Of a stretch of 64,000 bases of DNA, positions 48,156 through 58,337 are shown piece after piece; the first letter of the stretch is position 1, and every line of letters starts with the position of its first letter. The stretch spans positions 15,986-79,985 of the forward strand of contig CAYPIR010000003.1 in NCBI GenBank assembly GCA_964410905.1. Reading direction: 5' to 3'. The DNA is from an uncultured bacterium. GTDB lineage: Bacteria > Omnitrophota > Omnitrophia > Omnitrophales > Aquincolibacteriaceae. The notes under the pieces were generated by a model, which had not been told where the DNA came from, did not search any database, and worked only from the letters and a program-made list of their open reading frames with translations. The position numbers and the translations under genes are program-made.

Positions 48156-49430
48156 CTAGAAAGATTCGCCGCGGATAAGGTCGAGGTAGGTTTCGCGTTT
48201 GCGGATAACTTTAAAAGATTTTCCTTTGACCAAAACTTCTGCAACGCGAGGACGAGAATTGTAGTTTGACGACATTGTCATTCCATACGCGCCTGTCGAC
48301 ATCAGCGTGATAAAATCTCCTGCCTTTAGAGATGGAAGTTTGCGGTCTTTTGCAAAAAAATCTCCACTTTCGCAGATTGGGCCGACAATGTCATAAATTT
48401 TTTGTTCGCTTTTTTTATTTCTCTTAACTTGCCAAACTTGATGAAACGCTCCGTAAAAAGACGGGCGAATAAAATCATTCATTCCCGCATCGGTAATCGC
48501 AAAATTTTTTGTCCCGGTTTCTTTCACATAAGTAACGCGCATCGCAAGAAGCCCGCTGTTAGCGGAAATAAATCTGCCCGGCTCAAAAATAATTTGAAAT
48601 TTTCTACCTTTAAAAAGCGGAAGTGTTTTTTGGGCAAATTCATCTGCCGTTTGCGGTTTTTCATCACTATAAATTACGCCAAGCCCGCCGCCAAGATTTA
48701 GAAACTTAATCTCAATGCCATCTTTTGCTAATTCATCAATAAACTTCAATACTTTTTTAAACGCCTCGACAAACGGTTTGCCCGATTCTATTTGCGAGCC
48801 GATGTGGACGTGAATACCTGAAACTTTCGCATATTTGAACTCTTGAGATTTTTTGAAAATTTTCCAAGCCGCCTCAAAATCAATGCCAAACTTATTTTCA
48901 GATTTTCCCGTGGTAATGTATGCGTGTGTGTGCGGATCCACGTTAGGGTTTATACGAAGTGATACATGGACTTTGCATTTCGTTTTTTTCGCGATAGCGT
49001 CTATTTGCTCCAGTTCAGGAATTGATTCAACGTTAAAAAGGAGTATTCCCGCCTTAATTGCTTCGCGAATTTCGCGCTCCGTTTTCCCGACTCCGGCATA
49101 AACAATTTTTTTGCTCAAACAACCAGCTTTTTGGGCACGAAAAAGTTCACCGCCGGAAACAATATCAAGCCCCGCGCCTTTTGTTACAAGAGTTTTTAAA
49201 ACAGCGATATTTGAATTGGATTTTACAGAGTAACAAATAATCGGCTTTATTGAACTAAATGCTTTTTGCAGCCGCACGAGATGCTCTTCAAAAGAGGTTT
49301 TGCTGTAAACATATACAGGCGTTCCAACCTTTTTGATGATTTTGGAGACAGGAACGTTTTCGCAATATAGCTCATCATTTTTATATTGAAACTGATGAAT
49401 TTTTCCCGGAGCAATTTGTGAGGGTTTCAT
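48156..49430 (-). CDS. lysA: diaminopimelate decarboxylase
   Basis: YSVKSN, GGGLG, EPGR and CESGD motifs. ATG at 49430 overlaps the argH stop as ATGA. The track start at 49451 is TTG. Confidence 0.85.
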   Translation of the reverse strand: MKPSQIAPGKIHQFQYKNDELYCENVPVSKIIKKVGTPVYVYSKTSFEEHLVRLQKAFSSIKPIICYSVKSNSNIAVLKTLVTKGAGLDIVSGGELFRAQKAGCLSKKIVYAGVGKTEREIREAIKAGILLFNVESIPELEQIDAIAKKTKCKVHVSLRINPNVDPHTHAYITTGKSENKFGIDFEAAWKIFKKSQEFKYAKVSGIHVHIGSQIESGKPFVEAFKKVLKFIDELAKDGIEIKFLNLGGGLGVIYSDEKPQTADEFAQKTLPLFKGRKFQIIFEPGRFISANSGLLAMRVTYVKETGTKNFAITDAGMNDFIRPSFYGAFHQVWQVKRNKKSEQKIYDIVGPICESGDFFAKDRKLPSLKAGDFITLMSTGAYGMTMSSNYNSRPRVAEVLVKGKSFKVIRKRETYLDLIRGESF

Positions 49431-50809
49431 AAAGATAATTTTTTCTTCCAATCAGCGATTTCTTTTTTAACTCTATCCGGATTAGAGCTTCCGAATGTTT
49501 TTTTGCCCTTTACTGAAATTTTGGCATCGAAAATTTTTAATATGTCTTTTTCAAATTTAGAAGAAAAATTTTTCCATTCCGCCAAATTCCAATCTCGTTG
49601 TCTTTTGCCCGACTCAATTGCAAAGCGAACAGTTTCGCCGACCAAATGATGCGCTTCGCTAAATGGAACTTTTTTTCGAACTAGATATTCCAATATATCC
49701 GTCGCGAACAAACTGTCATCATCAAGCGCAGTTTCCATAGCGCGTTTATTCCATTTAGCAGATTCTATTGTTTTTGCTAAAAGTTCCAAGGCCGCTTCGG
49801 TTTTCTTAATCGCGTCAAAAAGCCCAGGTTTATCTTCTTGCAAATCACGGTTATAAGCAAGCGGCAAACCTTTTTGCACTACAAGAATGCTCTGTAAATA
49901 TCCAAAAATTGCGCCTGTCCGCCCGCGAATGAGTTCAAATACATCAGGATTTTTTTTCTGCGGCATAAGACTAGACCCCGTGGCAAATGCATCATCTAAG
50001 TCCACGAATGAAAATGCCTCGTTATTCCATAAAATAAAATCTTCTGAAAGGCGAGAAAAATGCATCCACAAAATAGAAAGCGCGCTTAAAATTTCCGCAA
50101 AAATGCCTCTATCGCTAACTGCCGCTATGCTGTTTGCGGCAATGCTAGTAAATCCAAGTTCGCGGGAAAGAAATTCTCTGTCAATGGGAAGCGCCGAGCC
50201 GGCAAGAGCCGCAGATCCAAGCGGTAAAACGTTAAGACGTTTCATTAAATCCGCAAGACGGCTTCTATCTTCTTCAAACATCTCAACATAGGCTAGCAAA
50301 TGATGCGCAAGCAAAATCGGCTGCGCTTTTCTTAAATGCGTCATCCCCGGCAAAAGCGAGTCGCCTGATTTTTCACTGACTTTCAGCAGCGTTTTTTCTA
50401 ATTGCCTGATAGCCGCCCAAATTTCCGCGACTTTTTCTCTTAAATAAATTCTTGTTGATGTGATAACAAGGTCGTTTCGGCTTCTACCGGTATGTATTTT
50501 TTTTGCCACATCACCGACTTTTTTTTCCACTTCGGATTGAATAAGCGTGTGAATGTCTTCATATTTATTAACTAAGCCGTCGAATGTTTTTTTATTAAAT
50601 GTTTTCCCGACAAGCGTAAGCCCTTTAATCATTTTTTTTGATTCAGCGGTTGAAATGATTTTTATTTTAGCGAGCATTTTAGCGTATGCAATGTTGACGC
50701 GAATTTCGGAATCAAAAAGCTCTTTGTCAGTGACGAGAGAATAACTAAACTTTTTTAAAGTCGGGTGCATTTCTTTTTTAAATCGTCCGCCCCACATTTG
50801 TTTTGGCAT
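49427..50809 (-). CDS. argH: argininosuccinate lyase
   Basis: Fumarate-lyase family, 460 aa, GSSLMPQKKNPD signature. Confidence 0.9.
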   Translation of the reverse strand: MPKQMWGGRFKKEMHPTLKKFSYSLVTDKELFDSEIRVNIAYAKMLAKIKIISTAESKKMIKGLTLVGKTFNKKTFDGLVNKYEDIHTLIQSEVEKKVGDVAKKIHTGRSRNDLVITSTRIYLREKVAEIWAAIRQLEKTLLKVSEKSGDSLLPGMTHLRKAQPILLAHHLLAYVEMFEEDRSRLADLMKRLNVLPLGSAALAGSALPIDREFLSRELGFTSIAANSIAAVSDRGIFAEILSALSILWMHFSRLSEDFILWNNEAFSFVDLDDAFATGSSLMPQKKNPDVFELIRGRTGAIFGYLQSILVVQKGLPLAYNRDLQEDKPGLFDAIKKTEAALELLAKTIESAKWNKRAMETALDDDSLFATDILEYLVRKKVPFSEAHHLVGETVRFAIESGKRQRDWNLAEWKNFSSKFEKDILKIFDAKISVKGKKTFGSSNPDRVKKEIADWKKKLSL

Positions 50810-50830
50810 ATTCTCTCCTCGTTTTGCGAG

Positions 50831-52018
50831 TTATTTTTTCTTGGGCAAAACTTCGTAAGGAAGTCCCCAAAGTTTAATAAAGCCTTCCGCCGCGGTTCTA
50901 TCAAAAAGATCGCCTGTGGAATATGTCGCGAGTTTTTCTTGATAAAGCGCGTAAGGCGATTTACGACCTACGCAAATCGCGTTTCCTCGTTGAAGTTTAA
51001 ATCTGACCGTTCCCGTAACACGATGCTGATTCGTCGCAAAAAACGCATCGAGCGCCTCGCGAAGAGGAGAAAACCAAAGTCCGTAATAAACAACTTCGGC
51101 ATATTTTTCGCTCAACACCCGTTTGTAATGAAGAAATTCTCTATCTAATACAAAACTTTCAAGTTCGTCGTGAGCTTTGAGAAGAAGGTCTGCTGCCGGA
51201 GCTTCATAGACTTCGCGGGATTTAATTCCGACAAGACGGTTTTCAATCATATCAAATCTGCCAACTCCATATTCTCCCGCAACTTCATTTAAATGTTCAA
51301 TCAACGCAACAAGCGGCATTTTTTTGCCGTCAACTTTTGTAGGGATGCCTTCGTCAAAAGTGATTTCGACATAGCGAGGCTTTGACGGCGCGGCTTCCGG
51401 CGAGCGAGTCATAATATAAGCGTCTTCTAACGGTTCAACCATTGGATCTTCCAAAATTCCTGCTTCAATCGCAATCCCCCAAATGTTCATATCGATTGAA
51501 TATGGACTTTTTTTCGTAACATCGATGGGAATTTTATGTTTCTTTGCGTAATCAATTTCTTCTTCGCGCGTCCTAAATTCCCATTCACGTAGCGGCGCAA
51601 TAATTTTCAGTTTTGGGTCAAGCGCGCGAACTCCAACTTCAAGCCGAACTTGATCATTGCCTTTTCCCGTGCAGCCGTGAGCGACCGCAACCGCGCCTTC
51701 TTTATGCGCGATATCGACAAGATGTTTTGAAATCATCGGTCTGCCAAACGCCGTAGCAAGAGGATATTTTCCCTCATATCTTGCTCCCGCAAAAATCGCG
51801 CGGGTTAAATATTCTTCGGCAAGTTCCTTTTTCAAATCCAAAATATAGCTCTTAATTGCGCCCGCCGCTTTTGCGCGCTTAATGAGTTTGTTTTTGTCTT
51901 TTACTTCACCAATAAACGCGGAAAAACAAATCACATCGTAGCCGTATTTTTCTTTAAGCCATTTCACCGCACAGGAAGTATCGAGTCCGCCGGAATACGC
52001 TAAAACTATTTTCTTCAT
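50831..52018 (-). CDS. argG: argininosuccinate synthase
   Basis: MKKIVLAYSGGLDTS. Confidence 0.9.
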   Translation of the reverse strand: MKKIVLAYSGGLDTSCAVKWLKEKYGYDVICFSAFIGEVKDKNKLIKRAKAAGAIKSYILDLKKELAEEYLTRAIFAGARYEGKYPLATAFGRPMISKHLVDIAHKEGAVAVAHGCTGKGNDQVRLEVGVRALDPKLKIIAPLREWEFRTREEEIDYAKKHKIPIDVTKKSPYSIDMNIWGIAIEAGILEDPMVEPLEDAYIMTRSPEAAPSKPRYVEITFDEGIPTKVDGKKMPLVALIEHLNEVAGEYGVGRFDMIENRLVGIKSREVYEAPAADLLLKAHDELESFVLDREFLHYKRVLSEKYAEVVYYGLWFSPLREALDAFFATNQHRVTGTVRFKLQRGNAICVGRKSPYALYQEKLATYSTGDLFDRTAAEGFIKLWGLPYEVLPKKK

Positions 52019-52944
52019 TTAACTGCTCCTTGGTTAAAAAGATATAAGAGAACCGCTTTTTGAATATGCAATCTATTTTCCGCCTCATCAAAAACAATGC
52101 AGTTTTTACTTTCCATTATTTCGTCCGTGATTTCTTCGCCTCTATGCGCTGGCAGACAGTGCATTACCACAGCTGTTTTTTTCGCGTAAGAAAGAAGCTT
52201 TGAATTTACCTGCATACTTTTAAAATCGCGTAGTTTTTGTCTCCGGATAGATTCTTCACCCATGCTCACCCAAACATCGGTATAAACCGCATCAGCATTT
52301 TTCACCGCAGCTACTGGGTCAAAAAACGCTTCGATTTTTGCTCCTGTTTTTTTCGCGATAACGCGAGCGTCCGCTATTACTTTGGGATCAGGCTGATATT
52401 TTTTAGGTGTAGCATAACGAATATGCGCCCCCAACTTTGCCGCAAGCAATACCAGCGAATGCAAAACGTTATTTCCGTCTCCGACAAATGCGAGCACGGG
52501 ATTTTCCTTTTCGGGAAATTTTTCATAAATAGTCATATAGTCGGCAAGCGCTTGGCAAGGATGCTCCAAATCGCTTAAGCCGTTTATGACGGTTTTGCCG
52601 AAATAATCCTGAAACTCCGTAATAGTGTTGTGCGAAAAAGTCCGCATAACCACTCCCGACAAATATCGAGACAAAACCCGCGCGACATCACGCACTTCTT
52701 CCCTAACTCCTAATTTTATATCTTCCGGTCCGAGATAAATCGCGCCCGCTCCCATTGAATAAATTCCCGCTTGAAAAGAAACCCAAGTTCTAGTTGAAGG
52801 TTTTTCAAATATGAAACCAAAAATATGACCTTCAAGAGCGTCGCGGACTTTTTGAGGCTGGGCTTTAACTTTCGCCGCAAGTTTCATGATTTTTCTAATT
52901 TCCTCAGAGCTGAGGTCGTTTATGGAAATAAGTGATTTAAACAT
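52015..52944 (-). CDS. argF: ornithine carbamoyltransferase
   Basis: STRTW and HCLP motifs. ATG at 52944 with AAGGCGG Shine-Dalgarno. The track start at 53013 is TTG. Confidence 0.85.
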   Translation of the reverse strand: MFKSLISINDLSSEEIRKIMKLAAKVKAQPQKVRDALEGHIFGFIFEKPSTRTWVSFQAGIYSMGAGAIYLGPEDIKLGVREEVRDVARVLSRYLSGVVMRTFSHNTITEFQDYFGKTVINGLSDLEHPCQALADYMTIYEKFPEKENPVLAFVGDGNNVLHSLVLLAAKLGAHIRYATPKKYQPDPKVIADARVIAKKTGAKIEAFFDPVAAVKNADAVYTDVWVSMGEESIRRQKLRDFKSMQVNSKLLSYAKKTAVVMHCLPAHRGEEITDEIMESKNCIVFDEAENRLHIQKAVLLYLFNQGAVK

Positions 52945-52955
52945 TACAACCGCCT

Positions 52956-54152
52956 TTATTTTTTTGTGGCAAGCGCTTGAAAAACACCGTCCAAAATTTT
53001 GACGGCTTTGCAAATTTCCTTTTTGGAAACCGTCATCGGAGGCATAAGCCGCAAAATATTTCCCTGCGTTGCGTTAATCAGTAAACCTTCATCGCGAGCA
53101 GCGTCGGCGTAAGGGGCGGACGGAACTTTAAGTTTCATTCCCAACATTAAACCAAGTCCTCTGATGTCTTCAATTTCAGCATACTTGGATTTTAAAGCCT
53201 CTAGTTCGCGGACAAAAATTTCGCTCATCAGGTCTGTTTTTGTTAAAAGTTTTTCTTTCTTTATCGCTTTGAATACCGCCAGCGAAGCGGCGCAAACAAG
53301 CGGATTTCCGCCAAATGTCGAGCCGTGCATTCCCGCAATCAAAACTTCGCGTTTAATTTTGTTATTTACCACAAACGCGCCTATCGGGGCGCCGCCGCCC
53401 AGAGATTTCGCGAGAGTCATCACATCGGGTTCAATGTCATAGTGTTGATAGGCAAACATTTTTCCAGTCCGTCCCATTCCCGTTTGAACTTCGTCAAGGA
53501 TTAGAAGCATATCTTTTTCATCACAAAGACGGCGAAGCCCTCGCATAAACTCTTTTTCCGCGACATTTATTCCGCCCTCGCCTTGTATCGGTTCAAGCAT
53601 AATCGCGATAGTTTTATCAGTAACAAGTTTTTTCACTGATTCCAAGTCATTCATTTCGCCGTAAACAAATTTTTCTGGGAGCGGACGAAAACTTTCGTGA
53701 AACTTTGTCTGTCCTGTCGCCGTCATCGCCGCGAGAGTTCTTCCGTGAAATGAATTTTTAAGCGTGATAATTTCATAGCGTCCCGTGTCAAACCCATACC
53801 GCTTGGCGAATTTTATCGCGCCTTCATTTGCTTCGGCGCCGCTGTTGCCAAAAAACACTCTGCCGGGAAACGAATTTTTAACAATCGTTTCCGCGAGTTC
53901 GGATTGTTTGATATTTAAAAAGTTGTTGGCTATATGAATAATTTTTCGCGATTGTTCTTTTATCGCGTTGACGACTATTGGATGACAATGCCCGATGCCT
54001 GAAACCGCCCAGCCCGGAAAAAAATCCAAGTATTCCTTGCCCTGCAAATCCCAAACGCGCGCCCCTTTTCCCTTCACGAGACAAATCGGCAGCCGCGCGT
54101 AAGTCGGCATCAAGTATTGGTCATAAAGTTTTTGAACATCTGAGGTCTTCAT
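52956..54152 (-). CDS. argD: acetylornithine aminotransferase
   Basis: Class III aminotransferase, DEVQTGMGRTG. Confidence 0.85.
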   Translation of the reverse strand: MKTSDVQKLYDQYLMPTYARLPICLVKGKGARVWDLQGKEYLDFFPGWAVSGIGHCHPIVVNAIKEQSRKIIHIANNFLNIKQSELAETIVKNSFPGRVFFGNSGAEANEGAIKFAKRYGFDTGRYEIITLKNSFHGRTLAAMTATGQTKFHESFRPLPEKFVYGEMNDLESVKKLVTDKTIAIMLEPIQGEGGINVAEKEFMRGLRRLCDEKDMLLILDEVQTGMGRTGKMFAYQHYDIEPDVMTLAKSLGGGAPIGAFVVNNKIKREVLIAGMHGSTFGGNPLVCAASLAVFKAIKKEKLLTKTDLMSEIFVRELEALKSKYAEIEDIRGLGLMLGMKLKVPSAPYADAARDEGLLINATQGNILRLMPPMTVSKKEICKAVKILDGVFQALATKK

Positions 54153-54196
54153 CTAATCTCTTTCAGTTTCATTTAGGCGGGAAGTCAAAACCGCTT

Positions 54197-55051
54197 TTAA
54201 ATAGTAATTTCTGTTCCAATCCCTTGGTCGGTAAAAATTTCAAGCAGCAGCGCGTGCGTTATGCGTCCATCAATGATGTGCGCTTTTTGAACGCCGCCTT
54301 GAAGCGCGTCAATGCAGGCTCGAACTTTTGGAATCATTCCGCCGGAAATAATCTTTTGGTCAATAAGTTCTTGTGTTTCGCTGACATGAAGAGATGGGAT
54401 AAGCGTCTCTTCGTTTGCCGCGTCGCGCAAAATTCCTTTTACATTTGTAAGCACCATAAATTTGGGGACATTCATCGCTGCCGCGATATTGGCCGCCGCC
54501 TCATCCGCGTTGACGTTATACATTTCTCCGTCCGCGCCTTTCCCAATAGGAAAAATAACGGGGATTTTTCCAAATTCCGTCAGCTCTTTCAAAGGGACAG
54601 TGTTGACTGAAGAAACATCGCCGACAAATCCGACATCGCCGTTCTCGGTATGTTTCACTACATTCAAAATTTCCGCGTCAAATCCTGATAATCCGACCGC
54701 CGCGCCGCCAAGTCTCTCGATGTCATGAACGATTCCGCGATTAAGTTCCGCCAATGTTTCATTCACAACGCTAATCGCCGCTTTATCCGTAACGCGAAGC
54801 CCGTTTACAAATTGACTTTGAACGCCTTTTTTCTTCATCGCTTCGGTGATAAATTTTCCGCCTCCATGAATTAAAATTGGGCGAATCCCGACATAGCTCA
54901 TAAAAACCAAATCTTGAAGCACCATATCGCGCACTTCTTGATAAGTAAGCGCCGCGCCGCCGTATTTAATCAAAACTTCTTTGCCGCGAAAATTTTTGAT
55001 GTAAGGAAGCGCTTCGACAAGAGCCTGCGCTTTGGCTATATATTCTTTCAT
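54197..55051 (-). CDS. argB: acetylglutamate kinase
   Basis: VIKYGGAA, 284 aa. Confidence 0.9.
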   Translation of the reverse strand: MKEYIAKAQALVEALPYIKNFRGKEVLIKYGGAALTYQEVRDMVLQDLVFMSYVGIRPILIHGGGKFITEAMKKKGVQSQFVNGLRVTDKAAISVVNETLAELNRGIVHDIERLGGAAVGLSGFDAEILNVVKHTENGDVGFVGDVSSVNTVPLKELTEFGKIPVIFPIGKGADGEMYNVNADEAAANIAAAMNVPKFMVLTNVKGILRDAANEETLIPSLHVSETQELIDQKIISGGMIPKVRACIDALQGGVQKAHIIDGRITHALLLEIFTDQGIGTEITI

Positions 55052-55060
55052 CTTTATCCT

Positions 55061-56281
55061 TTAGGAATATGCCGCGTTGATTAGCACATATTTAGTGGTT
55101 AAGTCCGAGGTGATAAAATCCGCTCTGCCCCGGCCTTTGCCAATGACGACATCTATTGTGTATTCTTTTTTCTGTAAAATTCTGCGCGCTTTTGGAAGAT
55201 TCAAAACACGCAGCCTTCCAAGATGAACAACTTGAGCGTCTCCAAACGATATGCTTAAATTCGCGGGATTAAAATCAACTCCGCTCGCTCCGACAGCGGC
55301 GGCAATTCTTCCCCAATTTGGATTGGAACCGGCAAGCATTGTTTTGAAAAGCATAGAATTCGCGATTTGTCTCGCGGCGCGCTCAGCCTCCGTGGGATTT
55401 TTCGCGCCTGATATTTTTAAGCGGCAAACATGCGACACGCCTTCGCCGTCAAGTACCATTTCGTGCGCGATATAACGCATTACTTCTTCCAGCGCTTCAC
55501 GAAACAACCAGTAATCTTTACCAATTTTTGAAATGGTTTTGTTGCCCGCCGCGCCATTGGCAAGACAAAAAACCATATCATTCGTGCTCATGTCGTTATC
55601 AATCGCCATTTTGTTAAATGTGTCATCGGACGCGTGGCGGACAGCGCGGCGCAGCAAGTCTTTTGTAATTGAGCAGTCGGTAGTTATAAAACAAAGCATA
55701 GTAGCCATATTGGGATGAACCATGCCCGCGCCTTTAGCGCAAGCGCCTATGGTTATTTTTTCTCCGCCTACTTCAAATGACACCGCGATTTCTTTATCAC
55801 GAAGATCTGTCGTCAAAATACCTTTTGCCGCACCGTGCCCGCCGTTTTCGGAAAGTTTTTTCACAAGCCTCGGCAATGCCCGTTTTACGCAAGTAATTGG
55901 AAACGGGACTCCAATAATTCCTGTTTGCGCTATCAAAATCTCTTCGTTCGCAACTTGCAAATGTTTTGCCGTCTCCGCGACAAGTTCATCTACTGCTTTT
56001 TTTCCAATCGCGCCGTTTAAACAGTTCGCGTTGCCGCTAGTGCCTATAATCGCGTGATGTTTTGCTCCGCGGATTGCTTTCATTGATTGCAGCACCGGCC
56101 AAGCCTTCGCGCGATTTGTCGTAAACACGCCCGCCGCCGCGCAGGGAGTTTTAGAATAAATAAGCGACACGTCATATTTTTTCTTTTTCTTCTTTATGCC
56201 CGCGTGCATTCCTCCCGCCACAAACCCTTTGGGCGAGGTTACAGAACCATTTTGTTCTTTTTTCCAAAAAGTTTTCCTCAC
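55061..56281 (-). CDS. argJ: bifunctional glutamate N-acetyltransferase/amino-acid acetyltransferase
   Basis: ATML autoprocessing motif (HPNMATMLCF). GTG start with AGGGAG Shine-Dalgarno. Confidence 0.85.
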   Translation of the reverse strand: MRKTFWKKEQNGSVTSPKGFVAGGMHAGIKKKKKKYDVSLIYSKTPCAAAGVFTTNRAKAWPVLQSMKAIRGAKHHAIIGTSGNANCLNGAIGKKAVDELVAETAKHLQVANEEILIAQTGIIGVPFPITCVKRALPRLVKKLSENGGHGAAKGILTTDLRDKEIAVSFEVGGEKITIGACAKGAGMVHPNMATMLCFITTDCSITKDLLRRAVRHASDDTFNKMAIDNDMSTNDMVFCLANGAAGNKTISKIGKDYWLFREALEEVMRYIAHEMVLDGEGVSHVCRLKISGAKNPTEAERAARQIANSMLFKTMLAGSNPNWGRIAAAVGASGVDFNPANLSISFGDAQVVHLGRLRVLNLPKARRILQKKEYTIDVVIGKGRGRADFITSDLTTKYVLINAAYS

Positions 56282-56321
56282 GAAATCGCTCCCTGTTGTT
56301 TTTATTTATTCACTAAAAGTT

Positions 56322-57350
56322 TTACGCGGACAAAAGCCCCGTTGTTTCGGGAAATCCAAATCTGATATTCATATTTTGAACCGCTTGTCCCGCCGCGCCT
56401 TTAATTAAATTGTCTATGGCGACAATAATCACCGCTCGTTTTGTCGAGGATTGAACGCTCACGCCTATGTCGCAAAAATTTGTCCGCTGAACATCTTTAA
56501 GCGTCGGGAAGCCGCCGGCAGACTTAATCCGGACAAACGCGTCATTTTTGTAAAAATTATTGAGCGTTTTCAGCATCGCTTCTTCCGTTCCTTTTATTGT
56601 CGCCTCCGCGTAAATAGTCGCGAGAATTCCTCTATACACAGGCAACAGATGCGGAATAAATGTAATATTAACAGGTTTTCCCGCGGCGTTTGAAAGAGTT
56701 TGTTCAATTTCCGGCGTATGCTGATGTTTGTTAACTTTATACGCGCTGTAGTTCTCGTTCACTTCGCAATAATGCGTCGCCGCCGTTGGCTTCTTGCCCG
56801 CTCCGCTAACTCCTGACGCCGCGTTGATAATAATGGTTTCGGGCTTAATTAGTTTATTTTCAAGTAGCGGCACAAGCGCGAGAGAAGGCCCCGTAGGATA
56901 GCAGCCAGGATTCGCTATCAGGTTTGCTGTTTTAATTTTATTTCGGTTTATTTCAGAGAGCCCATATACCGCCTTGGATAAAAATTTGGCGGCGGTGTGT
57001 CGAACGGCATACCATTTTTCATATACTGTTTTGTCTTTCAGGCGAAAATCCGCCGACAAATCGATAACCACTTTTCCAGCATTTACAAGTTGTTCCACGG
57101 AAGCCATTGCCTCGGTGTGCGGCAAACACAAAAACGCTACATCTGATTTGGCTTTGACTTCCGAGAAATCATACGGCACAACCTGAAGTTTTACGTCTTT
57201 GGGAAGAGTAGGGATTATGTCTCGAAGCGAAATCTCCTTATCTTGACTTGTAGTAAGCAGTGAAATTTGAACCCGCGGGTGTCCGAGTAAAATCTTTGTA
57301 AGTTCTGAACCCGCAAAGCCTGTCGCACCAAGAACGGCACATTTTAACAT
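56322..57350 (-). CDS. argC: N-acetyl-gamma-glutamyl-phosphate reductase
   Basis: VLGATGFAG and the catalytic Cys region (NPGCYPTG). Confidence 0.9.
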   Translation of the reverse strand: MLKCAVLGATGFAGSELTKILLGHPRVQISLLTTSQDKEISLRDIIPTLPKDVKLQVVPYDFSEVKAKSDVAFLCLPHTEAMASVEQLVNAGKVVIDLSADFRLKDKTVYEKWYAVRHTAAKFLSKAVYGLSEINRNKIKTANLIANPGCYPTGPSLALVPLLENKLIKPETIIINAASGVSGAGKKPTAATHYCEVNENYSAYKVNKHQHTPEIEQTLSNAAGKPVNITFIPHLLPVYRGILATIYAEATIKGTEEAMLKTLNNFYKNDAFVRIKSAGGFPTLKDVQRTNFCDIGVSVQSSTKRAVIIVAIDNLIKGAAGQAVQNMNIRFGFPETTGLLSA

Positions 57351-57530
57351 TTAATTTGGTGTGCTCCATAACACGGAAAAAAGTTATAAATAGGTTTTGA
57401 ATGTTTAGCGAAAAGCATAGCGGTTTATTATAGAAATTGCTTTTTCCTTTGTCAATTTAAGGAAATCGTTTTTTGTATCTTTCTTTATGTTGACACAATC
57501 TCCAAAAGCTTTTATTTTAAGCAGTAGATT

Positions 57531-58289
57531 ATGACATCGCGAAAAAAATCCCAAATTTCACTTCCTACAAAATCCGAACTCAAAGAGATCATCGGCTTTA
57601 CCGTAAAAAAACTTCCGCTCTATCAAGCCGCGCTCACTCATCCGTCATTTAGAAATGAAAATTACGCGCTGACAAAAGGTCTTGAAAACTTTGATCGTCT
57701 TGAATTTTTAGGAGATTCGATTTTAAACGAAATTGTCTGCCAAGAACTTTTTAAGCGTTTTCCCGATGCCGATGAAGGAATGCTTTCAAAACTTCGTTCC
57801 ATTATCGTTTCTCAAAAAATTTTAAGTCGTATCGCCCAGTCCATAAAACTTCAAAAGATTTTCCGTATTGGGAAAAATCTCAAGCAGTGTTTTAAAACTT
57901 TTTTAAAAACAAAAATTTTAACTGATTCGATGGAGGCTCTTTTTGCGGCGATTTATTTTGACTGCGGAAAGAAAAAAATATCGGTGTTTATTTTAAAACA
58001 TTTTGAGCCGTATTTTGAGCCTAAACTTTTATTCCGCCTCGACCCAAACCCTAAGAGCACATTGCAGGAATTGTCGCTTAAACGCTGGCAAAAACTGCCC
58101 ATATATTCTCATCAATATTCCGCTAAGGGCGTAAAAACAACCGTTTGCGTTGGCGGAAAAAAGAAAGCGTTCGCTATTCATAAAATCAAAAAAGAATCTG
58201 AAATTCTTGCCGCACGCGCATTGGTCAGCAAATTAAAAAAAGAAGACAAAAAAGTTAAAAAAAGAAATAAGATTTCTGCAAAACGATAA
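57531..58289 (+). CDS. rnc: ribonuclease III
   Basis: NFDRLEFLGDSIL signature and a C-terminal dsRBD. Confidence 0.85.
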   Translation: MTSRKKSQISLPTKSELKEIIGFTVKKLPLYQAALTHPSFRNENYALTKGLENFDRLEFLGDSILNEIVCQELFKRFPDADEGMLSKLRSIIVSQKILSRIAQSIKLQKIFRIGKNLKQCFKTFLKTKILTDSMEALFAAIYFDCGKKKISVFILKHFEPYFEPKLLFRLDPNPKSTLQELSLKRWQKLPIYSHQYSAKGVKTTVCVGGKKKAFAIHKIKKESEILAARALVSKLKKEDKKVKKRNKISAKR

Positions 58290-58337
58290 CTTTTTTGATG
58301 GAAAAATTGAGCGCGAAACGCCGTAAAAGAGCAAGTT

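Noticed and set aside
44234-48178. ORFs inside the MITE-like elements (44234..44707, 44449..44676, 47515..47811, 47589..47885, 47882..48178). Some share peptide strings such as MPKALRRFVPIHWGLVQSTVRLLKRRYGEAERLPCICVSDANA.
   Set aside because: They are identical between repeat copies because the DNA is repeated. The translations are Arg/Ala-rich and low-complexity, and the elements are bounded by terminal inverted repeats. The repeats are non-coding rather than genes.
56170-56205. Lys-run in argJ (GIKKKKKKYD) encoded by an A/G-rich tract, considered as a second slippage site.
   Set aside because: The tract is a mixed aaa/aag/gaa sequence and not a true homopolymer or short tandem repeat. It sits in an essential biosynthetic gene.
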